This document shows, one piece after another, positions 29,037 to 37,944 of a DNA stretch of 64,000 nt. The stretch's first letter is position 1. The number at the start of each line of letters is the position of its first letter. This stretch comes from Pseudomonadota bacterium. GTDB lineage: Bacteria > Bdellovibrionota > Bdellovibrionia > Bdellovibrionales > SG-bin7. The stretch covers positions 1 through 64,000 of the forward strand of contig JAWXAY010000094.1 of the NCBI GenBank assembly GCA_034439715.1. The letters run 5' to 3'. The translations under genes were made by a program, and so were the position numbers. Under the pieces are notes generated by a model. That model had not been told where the DNA came from. It was given only the letters and a program-made list of their open reading frames with translations, and ran no database searches.

Positions 29037-29137
29037 TCGATTTTTCATAGTCTAGTGCCAAATATTGTCCCGTAATCAACGGCTTTACGTTTTTACGTCT
29101 GACCTCCCTCTATTTGGACCAATCAAGAGTACCTATA

Positions 29138-29201
29138 TTCGAATACGAACTGAAGTTCACTATTCGAGGTTTGCCCAAAAATTGCATATTTCGAATACGA
29201 A
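29138..29201. promoter_or_regulatory. Two identical TTCG-AATA-CGAA palindromes, candidate operator pair
   Basis: TTCGAATACGAA at 29138-29149 and 29190-29201. Confidence 0.6.
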
Positions 29202-29231
29202 TGATTACAGACCGTTAGACGAGAAAAAACC

Positions 29232-30209
29232 ATGAACTATCAAAAAACTTTATCAATAGCAGCCGTCGTATTTTTCGCAATCTTTTTGTCAGGTTCGCAG
29301 CTCTTTGCCCAACCTGAAGTTAAAGAAAGCCAACTGCTCTCTAAATTTGATAAATTATCCAACGCCGCTTTTGGCGAAACCGCTGTTAAGTCAGTAGATC
29401 TGGAAACAGTGAATGCAATTTACAAAAGTACGCTATCGAACCCTGTTAGTAAACTTGAAGTTCTAGAAAAATACGATCCCACCGGAATCATTGGGTTTTG
29501 TTTTGGACGTGCCATGACCGCCCATTTGACGGCTCGCGATTTTCGTATAGAGCCTAAATCAATATTCAAACTTTTTTTAGTGGGAGACTTACGGTCAAAT
29601 GGGAGTAAACCCGAGTGGCGATTTCACGTCACGACAGTAGTGCCTATGAAGGATGGTGCGAAATTAATTTGGATGGCAATTGACCCTATAATGAAGAAAC
29701 CAATAACTGTAGCACAGTGGATTCAGGAAGTTCGAACGGGTTGGGATTCTTGGCATGCAGATGAAAAACATCACGCTAAGTTATACCTTGTCAAAAATGA
29801 TGCCGTGATGCCAGATATTAGGTCCTTTCCTGAAGTGGAAACAGGTAAATATTTGATTGAATTGAAATTCAATCCAGAGGCCAATGGAATCAAAAAAAGT
29901 GTCAAATGGGCCAATGCCTTCGACGTAGATGATCAAATTTACGCGCCTACGAGTGTTAAAGTCGACAAATTTTTCTTAGTTACGAAATCAAATTCACGTA
30001 ATCAATTTTCATTTTTGGGACTCAAAATAAATACCGACGACATATCTTATAACAATTACTTTGTTGATCTATTGGCCACTTTCACCCAGCCGACATCTGA
30101 AGATACAAATTTAGAAAGCGTAAATAAAATGCGTTCCTTACATCCAACAGGTTATCGTCCAATGGGCTTTCAATTACATCGTCTTGTGGACCCAAGCTTT
30201 GGTGATTAA
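29232..30209 (+). CDS. Secreted protein-glutamine glutaminase-like Cys protease-fold protein
   Basis: Signal peptide; GFCFGRA (Cys), WRFHV (His), AIDP (Asp). Confidence 0.75.
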   Translation: MNYQKTLSIAAVVFFAIFLSGSQLFAQPEVKESQLLSKFDKLSNAAFGETAVKSVDLETVNAIYKSTLSNPVSKLEVLEKYDPTGIIGFCFGRAMTAHLTARDFRIEPKSIFKLFLVGDLRSNGSKPEWRFHVTTVVPMKDGAKLIWMAIDPIMKKPITVAQWIQEVRTGWDSWHADEKHHAKLYLVKNDAVMPDIRSFPEVETGKYLIELKFNPEANGIKKSVKWANAFDVDDQIYAPTSVKVDKFFLVTKSNSRNQFSFLGLKINTDDISYNNYFVDLLATFTQPTSEDTNLESVNKMRSLHPTGYRPMGFQLHRLVDPSFGD

Positions 30210-31550
30210 ATGAAAAATCTCTTAAGCCGTAAATCGGGTCCATTCTATCATGAATATGAGGCCTTCTCAGAAGAGCGGCGGCAAATTATTATTCGTACTA
30301 ACCTTGCTAAAATTTTAGAAATAGCTAGTCAAACCGATTTTTACCGCGACCAATTGAATTCCGTCAAATGGGACGTAAGTGATATCCATCCCCTTAAAAA
30401 TATTGCACCGTTGCTGAGTTCAGATTTACGAGCCAATTTGCCTCCGGAAAACTCACGGCTATTGAGTCGGCCAGGCACAGGGTACACTGTTTTTCAGAGT
30501 GGAGGGACAACAGGAACTCCAAAGACTTCGCTTTTTTCGTTTGAAGAAATGGAATTAATAAATGAAGGCAATGCCCGCGGTTTTTATGCTGTCGGACTAA
30601 ATGAGCAGGACAGAGTGGCAAATCTTTGGGCGGCGGGCGGTTTATATATGACCTTTATTCATATGAATCGCATGCTCATGGATTATGGTTGCATGAGCTT
30701 TCCATTTTCGAATCATACTCCGGTGGATTTCATACTAGAGGTTGCCAAAGTATTTAATGTAAATTGCTTTACAGGAATCACTAGCGTTGTTTTAAACTGT
30801 TTGAGAGAAATTCACACAGTTGCACCTGGAACATTAAATGTGGATAAAATCTTTTTTGGCGGCGAGCATATTTATGAGGCAGATCGTCGAGAAATGAATC
30901 AAAAATTTGGTGTCAAAGTCATCAATGCTCCAGGGTACGGCACGGTAGACAGTTGGTATCTGGGATATCAATGTTCACACCTCTCCAACGGAATGTTTCA
31001 TGCTTTCGACGATATGGTCTACATCGAAATAGTAAACGAAGAGGAAAAAAAGCATTGTGTGCCAGGTGAAATAGGCATGCTCCTTGCGACCCCGTACTTT
31101 AGAACCTTAACTCCTATCATTCGGTATCGGGTGGGAGATCGCGCTCGCTGGCTTAAAACAGCTTGCACCTGTGGCCGAACCACGCCTCTCTTCGAATTGC
31201 TGGGACGCGGAGATGACGTACTTCGTATAGGATATGACTCTGTTGATTACGATTTTGTACAAGAAGTAGTTTCCCGAGTACCGGGAGCCAGCGGACGCAT
31301 TCAAATGCAAAAATGTCGCCTTGATGGGCGAGATCTCCTCACTATCAGAGTTGAAACTTCGCAGCCTGTTTCGGAATATTCAACAATGTCTAAGATACTT
31401 GAAGACATTTTCGATTTTGAGCGCCCTTCGTTTCGAGAATTTGTAAAAAAGGGAACTGTACTTCCGCTCAAAGTAGAGTGGCTACTAGAAGGACAATTAC
31501 CGCGAAATGAGCGAACTGGAAAATTAATTCGCGTGGTAGACTCGCTATGA
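30210..31550 (+). CDS. Phenylacetate-CoA ligase (PaaK)-like adenylate-forming enzyme
   Basis: QSGGTTGTPK, GYGTVD, IIRYRVGD, LGRGDD, RTGKL. Confidence 0.9.
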   Translation: MKNLLSRKSGPFYHEYEAFSEERRQIIIRTNLAKILEIASQTDFYRDQLNSVKWDVSDIHPLKNIAPLLSSDLRANLPPENSRLLSRPGTGYTVFQSGGTTGTPKTSLFSFEEMELINEGNARGFYAVGLNEQDRVANLWAAGGLYMTFIHMNRMLMDYGCMSFPFSNHTPVDFILEVAKVFNVNCFTGITSVVLNCLREIHTVAPGTLNVDKIFFGGEHIYEADRREMNQKFGVKVINAPGYGTVDSWYLGYQCSHLSNGMFHAFDDMVYIEIVNEEEKKHCVPGEIGMLLATPYFRTLTPIIRYRVGDRARWLKTACTCGRTTPLFELLGRGDDVLRIGYDSVDYDFVQEVVSRVPGASGRIQMQKCRLDGRDLLTIRVETSQPVSEYSTMSKILEDIFDFERPSFREFVKKGTVLPLKVEWLLEGQLPRNERTGKLIRVVDSL

Positions 31551-33007
31551 ATACCAATCGCTTACACCTTCAAATTGCAAAGCAGAATATCAATTCAGTC
31601 ATCACTTTTATTGACTCGTGGGGAAGAGAGAAGGAAATACCGGAGAACCTTCTGACAGAAATATCGGGATCGCTGGGCGCGACTCTCGCGATGATAGTTG
31701 AAAAAAGTAATCAATGGAACGCCAATGGAGAAATTCGCATCGACCTATTCCGAAAAGATAACGAATTTGTAATTGAATTATTGAATTCAGGCATTCCTTT
31801 GTTTCCGGGTGATTTTGAGATTTATTCCGCAAGACCACAAATTGAAGCCGCTCGCAAGAGAAGAGGTTTTTCTCGCTTAGAGTTCGAAAACTGTGGGCGC
31901 CTGGGTCAGAAGTTAACTTTCGGTATAAGTACAGAAGTTTCATCAACTCCTATTCTGAAGGGGAGCGGAGTATTAGAGCGACACAGCATGGACGAAACCA
32001 TCATTCGAGTGCTCCGTCCTGGCGAGGAAAAGCAATTGAGTCGACTTTTTCATAAAGTTTACGGATATCGTTACATCTCAGATTTCGTATACTACCCAGA
32101 AAAAATAGCTGATATGATTAAATCGGGTCGACTCATTTCATTGGTTGCCGAAATGTCAGACGGCAGTTTGGCTGGTCATGTCGGACTCTTACAGCTAAAT
32201 GATTCACCGTCAGTGTTTGAAGCGGCGCTCGGCTTAGTAGATCCAAGTTATAAAACAAACGGGCTTTTTGGACGTATCTTTAGTCGGCTACAAGAAATAA
32301 AAAAGGGTCGAGACTTTCAATACTGCATTTATGATTTTGTCACTAACCACGAATTTAGCCAGAGGTTGGTTTCTAAATTTGGCTATCGAGATTTGGCGCT
32401 CTTTCTGGGAAGTCAAGTTTCAGAGACTCAGGCACGTCTTTCTACCTTAGGAATAGGTCAGGATGCGATCGATATGGATCGATATTCTCTTCTCGTCGCA
32501 GTAGAGCCGGGTGTCCCCCATCCGTTCGGAAAAGAAATTTCATTGCCCACCCAAATTGGCGAAGCCACCGAATTTTTATTGAGCCCTTTAGGTGTGACGT
32601 GGGTACCAATCTCGCGCTTTCATCCCTTGATGAAAGAGGGAGATTTCTCGTTAAAACTTCAACCAGAGCAAAAAGCTGCTGTTTTTGATTTTCATAAACC
32701 AGGATTCCAGGCGCTCGAAAAAATTATCCTGAAGTGGCGAGAACTTTTAAAAGATAAATACGAGTATGTAGCTGTTGATTTTCCGGTGAATTTTTCGGGA
32801 CTCGGTCAGTTGTATGACATATTGGCGTCCCACGGTTTTTTTATGGCTGGCTTTGTACCTTATCATTACTCGACAGAATTGGCCTTCCGTTTTCAATTTC
32901 TTACACCCACAAAAGTGAGTTTTGACAATATAAAGATGCACTCGGTAGACGGCAGAAAATTGCTGGCGATGGTGCGAGCGGACTACGAGAGGAACACAAT
33001 CCTATGA
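31547..33007 (+). CDS. Degenerate HATPase_c (RsbW-like) plus GNAT-fold fusion protein
   Basis: N-terminal FVIELLNSGIP; central LSRLFHKVYGYRY ... LAGHVGL ... LVDPSYKTNGLFGRI. Confidence 0.7.
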   Translation: MNTNRLHLQIAKQNINSVITFIDSWGREKEIPENLLTEISGSLGATLAMIVEKSNQWNANGEIRIDLFRKDNEFVIELLNSGIPLFPGDFEIYSARPQIEAARKRRGFSRLEFENCGRLGQKLTFGISTEVSSTPILKGSGVLERHSMDETIIRVLRPGEEKQLSRLFHKVYGYRYISDFVYYPEKIADMIKSGRLISLVAEMSDGSLAGHVGLLQLNDSPSVFEAALGLVDPSYKTNGLFGRIFSRLQEIKKGRDFQYCIYDFVTNHEFSQRLVSKFGYRDLALFLGSQVSETQARLSTLGIGQDAIDMDRYSLLVAVEPGVPHPFGKEISLPTQIGEATEFLLSPLGVTWVPISRFHPLMKEGDFSLKLQPEQKAAVFDFHKPGFQALEKIILKWRELLKDKYEYVAVDFPVNFSGLGQLYDILASHGFFMAGFVPYHYSTELAFRFQFLTPTKVSFDNIKMHSVDGRKLLAMVRADYERNTIL

Positions 33008-34134
33008 AATTATTTGAGAGTTCCGAAAAAATTAGCGCCATCGAAAATCCAGTAGACTGGACACCCGAAAAAAATACTTTGTTTTATAAATCCTGTGAGG
33101 AGATGGCCAATTTTCATTATAAAAACAATCACGTCATTCGACATTTATACGACCGACATGGATTTGACCCAAACTCTATAAAATGCGAATCCGATGTCGC
33201 CCGAATCCCTTCTGTGAGTGTCACGGCTATGAAATACCATTTACTGACCACCCTTCCACATACAGACACCGTATTGAGACTAACTTCAAGCGGCACACGC
33301 GGACAGAAAACTCAGATTTGGTTCGATCAACAAAGTTTGGATCGCGTTCAAAAAATGCTCGATGTGTATTTCGAACAGCTGTCTTTTGTCAGTAATATAC
33401 CTAACAATTACATGATTTTTAATTATGACCCTGACGACGCCGGCGATTTGGGAATCGCGTTTACCGAGAAGAATCAAATGCGCTTCGCTCCCATAGCAGA
33501 CTCTTTTTTTGCAATTAAAAAAGACTCTCAAGGCAGTTGGTATTTTGATAAAGAAAAAGTTATGGCAAAATTGCGAAAATTTGAGAATGAAAAAAAACCG
33601 ATTCGAATTTTTGCCATGCCGGCGTTTCTTTTCGAATTTTTAAACTGGATGAGAGTGGAAGGACATCAACCTTTGAAATTCTCTTCTGAAAGTTGGATTA
33701 TGACAGGTGGTGGCTGGAAGGCTGCAGAAGATAAAAAAATCACCCGAGAGGCCTTTCGCATAATGTGTCAGGAAGCATTTGGTATTCCGTTGCACCAACA
33801 GCGGGATGCCTTTGGAATGGCCGAACATTGTGCCCCTTATTTTGAGTGTGCTCAACATCGTTTTCATATTCCCGTTTTCAATCGAATTATTATTCGTGAC
33901 CCATTGACTATGACAGAAGTTCCCAAAGGGGAATCTGGCCTTATGGAATTTGTCACGCCGTTTAACGCAATGATGCCGACGTTATCTATTCTCTCTACTG
34001 ATTATGGCCGAATTCGCTCAGAAGCTTGCGATTGCGGTGGCGCATCGCCCACTTTTGAAATCCTAGGAAGAGCCGGTACGAGTAAACACAAAGGTTGTGC
34101 ACTAACAGCTTCAGAAATTGTGAGGCGCGTATGA
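33004..34134 (+). CDS. LuxE-family acyl-protein synthetase
   Basis: LTSSGTRG, TGGGWK, DAFGMAEH, LSTDYG, C-terminal KGCAL. Confidence 0.92.
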   Translation: MKLFESSEKISAIENPVDWTPEKNTLFYKSCEEMANFHYKNNHVIRHLYDRHGFDPNSIKCESDVARIPSVSVTAMKYHLLTTLPHTDTVLRLTSSGTRGQKTQIWFDQQSLDRVQKMLDVYFEQLSFVSNIPNNYMIFNYDPDDAGDLGIAFTEKNQMRFAPIADSFFAIKKDSQGSWYFDKEKVMAKLRKFENEKKPIRIFAMPAFLFEFLNWMRVEGHQPLKFSSESWIMTGGGWKAAEDKKITREAFRIMCQEAFGIPLHQQRDAFGMAEHCAPYFECAQHRFHIPVFNRIIIRDPLTMTEVPKGESGLMEFVTPFNAMMPTLSILSTDYGRIRSEACDCGGASPTFEILGRAGTSKHKGCALTASEIVRRV

Positions 34135-36728
34135 GTCATTTGAGATATTTATTTGGTGAAGTCGTTGTGGCAGATAAGCCACTCTCAGTAAAGGATGCTG
34201 AGGAGATATGTCGACGTGCAAGTCTTGCTCGTTCCCGCATGAATTCTTACCCCAACGATAAAGTGTTAGCACTCCTTGGACGGGTTCAAAAACTTTGGGC
34301 TGATAAAAACTCAAATTATAGAAGACGAGCTATGGATAAACTTCCTGAGTTGACCGGTTTTTCGCTGCCGATGTTGGAACTTGGGATGCAAGAGTTGGTC
34401 TGGAGTCTTGACCCAGAAGTTTTAAAGAAAAAACTAGATTGTGAAACTCAGAATATTCCAAAAGTTTACGGAGAAAAATTCAATTCTGAAAATAAAACAT
34501 TGTTACGCTATTACCCCATAGGCACGGTATTTCATGTGCTCTCCGGAAATGTTTTTTTAGTAGGACCCGGCTCCCTAATAGAAGGTTTGATAACGGGAAA
34601 CGTTAACATTCTTAAAATGCCTTCAGAAGAACGGTTTTTTCTTCCTTGGTTTTTAGAGTCTTTAAAAGAATGTGACATAGATGGAGTGGTCTCATCTTCA
34701 ATTGCGGCCATTGATTTTTCGTCGTCTCAACAAGATGTACTTGATACTTTTAAGAATCAGATGGATGGAATCGTGATTTGGGGTGGAGAGCAGGCGGTAC
34801 AAGGATATAGAAACGGTGCGCCAGCAAGAACGCGAATCATTGTTTTTGGTCCCAAATTAAGTTTCAGTTTAGTCACAAAAAAAGGTGTCGAGGCACTCGG
34901 TATCTCGCGAATTGCTCTTGAGATTGCCAAAGAAATTATAATATGGGATCAGCAAGCCTGTACAGCACCACAAGCCTGCTACGTCGAAGGATCCGAAATC
35001 GCAAGCCTTCTTTTAGATGAGCTCAAAGTAGCCATGGCAAAACTGGAAGTCCAATACCCTGCCGGGTCCCCGTCTCGAGATTCTGCAGTAGAAATTAGAA
35101 AATTGCGGGGAATCGCTGAGATCCGCGAGGGCCTAGGAGCTGGCAAGCTTGTGGATTCGGGTCACAACAATTTGAATTACACTTTTTTTTCTGACAATAA
35201 TCTTGAGCTGGATCCCTCTCCGCTAAATCGAACTCTTCGCATCGTACCTTTCTCGAATATTAATGATGTCTTGGAATCCATAAAGGGGCTGCGGGGTTAC
35301 TTACAAACAGTAGGGGTCGCGGTTGGTACTTCAGAATGGGGTCCATTGGTACATGAATTTTCTATGGTAGGTGGCCTAAGAATTCTACCGTTAGGCTCAA
35401 TGGCACTTGGAGAAATTGATGATCCTCATGATGGCCAATACGATCTCGCCCAATATTTAAATTTAGTCGTGGCCCGCGGGCCCCTGGACGACCTTACCCC
35501 GTTTGATGTTGCCAGCGATGAGTATCGTGAAGCCCTTCGCGATCAAAAATTACGCGAAATGCTCGCTCACGCTAATAAGTCGCCATTTTATCAAGAGCGT
35601 TTGAAAAATATTAGTATTCAAAGTTTAAAGGATCTTCATAAAATCCCAGTCCTATCTCGCCTGGAATGGGAAAACAATATGCCACCAATGAAAGAGACTC
35701 TCGCGACGACACCACCCAAGGGCGGTTATGTCACTAGATCCGGCGGCTCTACCGGCGTCGCAAAGTTTTCATATTTCGATAAAAGAGACTGGAATGCCAT
35801 GCTCAAGAGCGCTGTCAAAATGTTCCAGGCGAGTGGATTGAGTTCTGAAGATCGTATTGCAAACTTCATGTCGGCAGGCGATCTCTACGGAAGTTTTATT
35901 TCATTTAATCATGTAAATTTTGAATTGGGTGCAACCTCTTATTGCTTTGCCGGTGCGACGGACCCCCAGAATTTTTTAAATATTGTGGGATCCTTTAAAA
36001 TTAACGTGATCCAAGGGATAACTCCCGTGGTAATGAATGTCTTAAGAGGGGCTAAGTCCTTAGATCCTAGTTTTGAAATCGAGAAAGTTCTTTTCGCCGG
36101 CATGCCAATGTGCAGTGCTGATAGAAAGTGGATCAAAACTGAACTAAAAGCCAAATCTATTGTTTCAATTATCGGCACGACCGAAAGTAATCATATCGGT
36201 TACCAATGTGAATTTTTAGAGGGACGATTTCACCATATTCCCGAAGATTATAATCATATCGAAATAATTGGTGGTCGTCTCATTGTCACAAATCTTGATA
36301 AATGGAATTACCCGGTTATTCGCTATGATATTGGCGATGCGGGAAAGTTTACTGAAACGGCATGTGCCTGTGGCCGAAAGGACCGCGTATTTGAGTATTT
36401 TGGCAGGTGTGACGATCTCATAGCCACCGGCATGATGAACCTATCCTATAGTGATTTGGTAAAAGCTCTCGCCCCTACTGAAGCCTCCCAAATCCAAATC
36501 ATAATAGGCTTTAAAAATAATATTGATAATCTAACTATCAATATAGAATCGGGAATAAAGGACAAATTGACGAACACCCAAGTCACTGAACTTCTTGATG
36601 CGGGCCTTACAGATTTTTCACTATTCCGAAATAAATATTTTGGCTTAGAGATAAATATTTTAAAACCCGGAACTCTGAAACTCAATGATCGTACTGGCAA
36701 AGTGAGTCTAATAATTGATGAGCGCTAA
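34131..36728 (+). CDS. LuxC-family acyl-CoA reductase fused to a PaaK-like adenylation domain
   Basis: HVLSGNV, WGGEQAV, FGPKLSF, WDQQACTAPQ, PHDG; then RSGGSTG, IRYDIGD, FGRCDD, RTGKV; ATGA overlap with luxE-like stop. Confidence 0.92.
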   Translation: MSHLRYLFGEVVVADKPLSVKDAEEICRRASLARSRMNSYPNDKVLALLGRVQKLWADKNSNYRRRAMDKLPELTGFSLPMLELGMQELVWSLDPEVLKKKLDCETQNIPKVYGEKFNSENKTLLRYYPIGTVFHVLSGNVFLVGPGSLIEGLITGNVNILKMPSEERFFLPWFLESLKECDIDGVVSSSIAAIDFSSSQQDVLDTFKNQMDGIVIWGGEQAVQGYRNGAPARTRIIVFGPKLSFSLVTKKGVEALGISRIALEIAKEIIIWDQQACTAPQACYVEGSEIASLLLDELKVAMAKLEVQYPAGSPSRDSAVEIRKLRGIAEIREGLGAGKLVDSGHNNLNYTFFSDNNLELDPSPLNRTLRIVPFSNINDVLESIKGLRGYLQTVGVAVGTSEWGPLVHEFSMVGGLRILPLGSMALGEIDDPHDGQYDLAQYLNLVVARGPLDDLTPFDVASDEYREALRDQKLREMLAHANKSPFYQERLKNISIQSLKDLHKIPVLSRLEWENNMPPMKETLATTPPKGGYVTRSGGSTGVAKFSYFDKRDWNAMLKSAVKMFQASGLSSEDRIANFMSAGDLYGSFISFNHVNFELGATSYCFAGATDPQNFLNIVGSFKINVIQGITPVVMNVLRGAKSLDPSFEIEKVLFAGMPMCSADRKWIKTELKAKSIVSIIGTTESNHIGYQCEFLEGRFHHIPEDYNHIEIIGGRLIVTNLDKWNYPVIRYDIGDAGKFTETACACGRKDRVFEYFGRCDDLIATGMMNLSYSDLVKALAPTEASQIQIIIGFKNNIDNLTINIESGIKDKLTNTQVTELLDAGLTDFSLFRNKYFGLEINILKPGTLKLNDRTGKVSLIIDER

Positions 36729-37944
36729 TATACTGCCACTTCGCAATCGTGAGTTCGGTAAACTTTGGTTAGGGCAAGTGTTTAGCCAAATGGGCACCCG
36801 TATGTACCAAATTGCCATTGCCTGGTGGATAGTAAAACGCGGCGGCGACTCCCAGGGACTTTACCTGGGAATCCTTTTTGTCTTGGCAAGTCTACCCGCT
36901 TTGGCATTTGTAAAAAAAATTGCCCGCTTGGTTGAAGAATCTAACGCGAAAAAAATTATTTTTTGGAGCGATGTTAGTGCCGTAATCGTGACCTTAAGTT
37001 TGTACTTATTTATCTCCGCAAATTTCGATTTATTGCTTCCTATTTATTTCGTAGGATTCTTGTTAGCCACTTTTCAGTCGGCAATAGATCCTTCGCTTTT
37101 TAAAGCTGCGTCCGAGTCCGTTGCCAAAGAGGATATGGAGTCAGCGGTTGGTCTCATAACCACGACAACGACCGTCGCCTCGTTTTTGGGAGCCTTTGTG
37201 GGTGCGGGCGCCATGAGTGTCCTTAGCTTTGAAGCATTGGTCTTGCTAAATGCTTTAAGCTACGCTTTATCTGCCGTTTTGACGGCATCGGTAAAATTTA
37301 AATTCTCAACAAAAAATAAAGCGGCTGTAGGGCCTTCGGCTCCCAGTGCAGAGCCCGAAACATCACTCGAATCGATTCCGGCCTATAGTATTATCAAATC
37401 AATTTTACTAGTTTTTGCCAGTGTAAACTTTTTCTCCGTTCCCACACTGATCTTGATACCGATATACACAAACCGAGTATTAAAGGGCGAGGCCTCACAG
37501 TTAGCCTTGATGGAAGGAGCGTTGGCACTCGGTCTGTTGTTGGGTTCCCTTTTGTCTAGCCGCTTTAAAACTTCTGCTGTTCCCATGAATACCGTATTCT
37601 GGTGCTTGTTGAGTTTTGCCGGTTTTCTTGCACTACCAGTTTTTCTGAAAAGCAGCAGTTGGTACTTCTTGTCTCTCTGTGGTGCCGGATTTTCTATGGG
37701 ACTTTCCAATGTTAAAATTATCACATATTTTGAAAGTGCCATTCCGGCCGGTTTAAAAGGTCGATTCTTTGCCTACTTAAATGCAGCCGTTTCGCCAGCT
37801 ATTCCAATTTCTTTTTTTATTTTCGGGTTGGTGATTGGGATGATGCCTCTAGAACAAGTCATTTTAATACAAGCCGCAGGCGTAGCCATCCTCTCGTTTC
37901 TAATTGTTAAAATATCTAAACGCGAGGCCAAGCTATGGCGTTAA
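36718..37944 (+). CDS. MFS transporter (MefA/DHA3-like exporter)
   Basis: LRNREFGKLWLGQVFSQMG, about 12 hydrophobic segments, LKGRFFA. Confidence 0.9.
   Translation: MSANILPLRNREFGKLWLGQVFSQMGTRMYQIAIAWWIVKRGGDSQGLYLGILFVLASLPALAFVKKIARLVEESNAKKIIFWSDVSAVIVTLSLYLFISANFDLLLPIYFVGFLLATFQSAIDPSLFKAASESVAKEDMESAVGLITTTTTVASFLGAFVGAGAMSVLSFEALVLLNALSYALSAVLTASVKFKFSTKNKAAVGPSAPSAEPETSLESIPAYSIIKSILLVFASVNFFSVPTLILIPIYTNRVLKGEASQLALMEGALALGLLLGSLLSSRFKTSAVPMNTVFWCLLSFAGFLALPVFLKSSSWYFLSLCGAGFSMGLSNVKIITYFESAIPAGLKGRFFAYLNAAVSPAIPISFFIFGLVIGMMPLEQVILIQAAGVAILSFLIVKISKREAKLWR

Noticed and set aside
33004..36728. Bioluminescence operon
   Set aside because: No luxA, luxB, luxD or luxG in the window.
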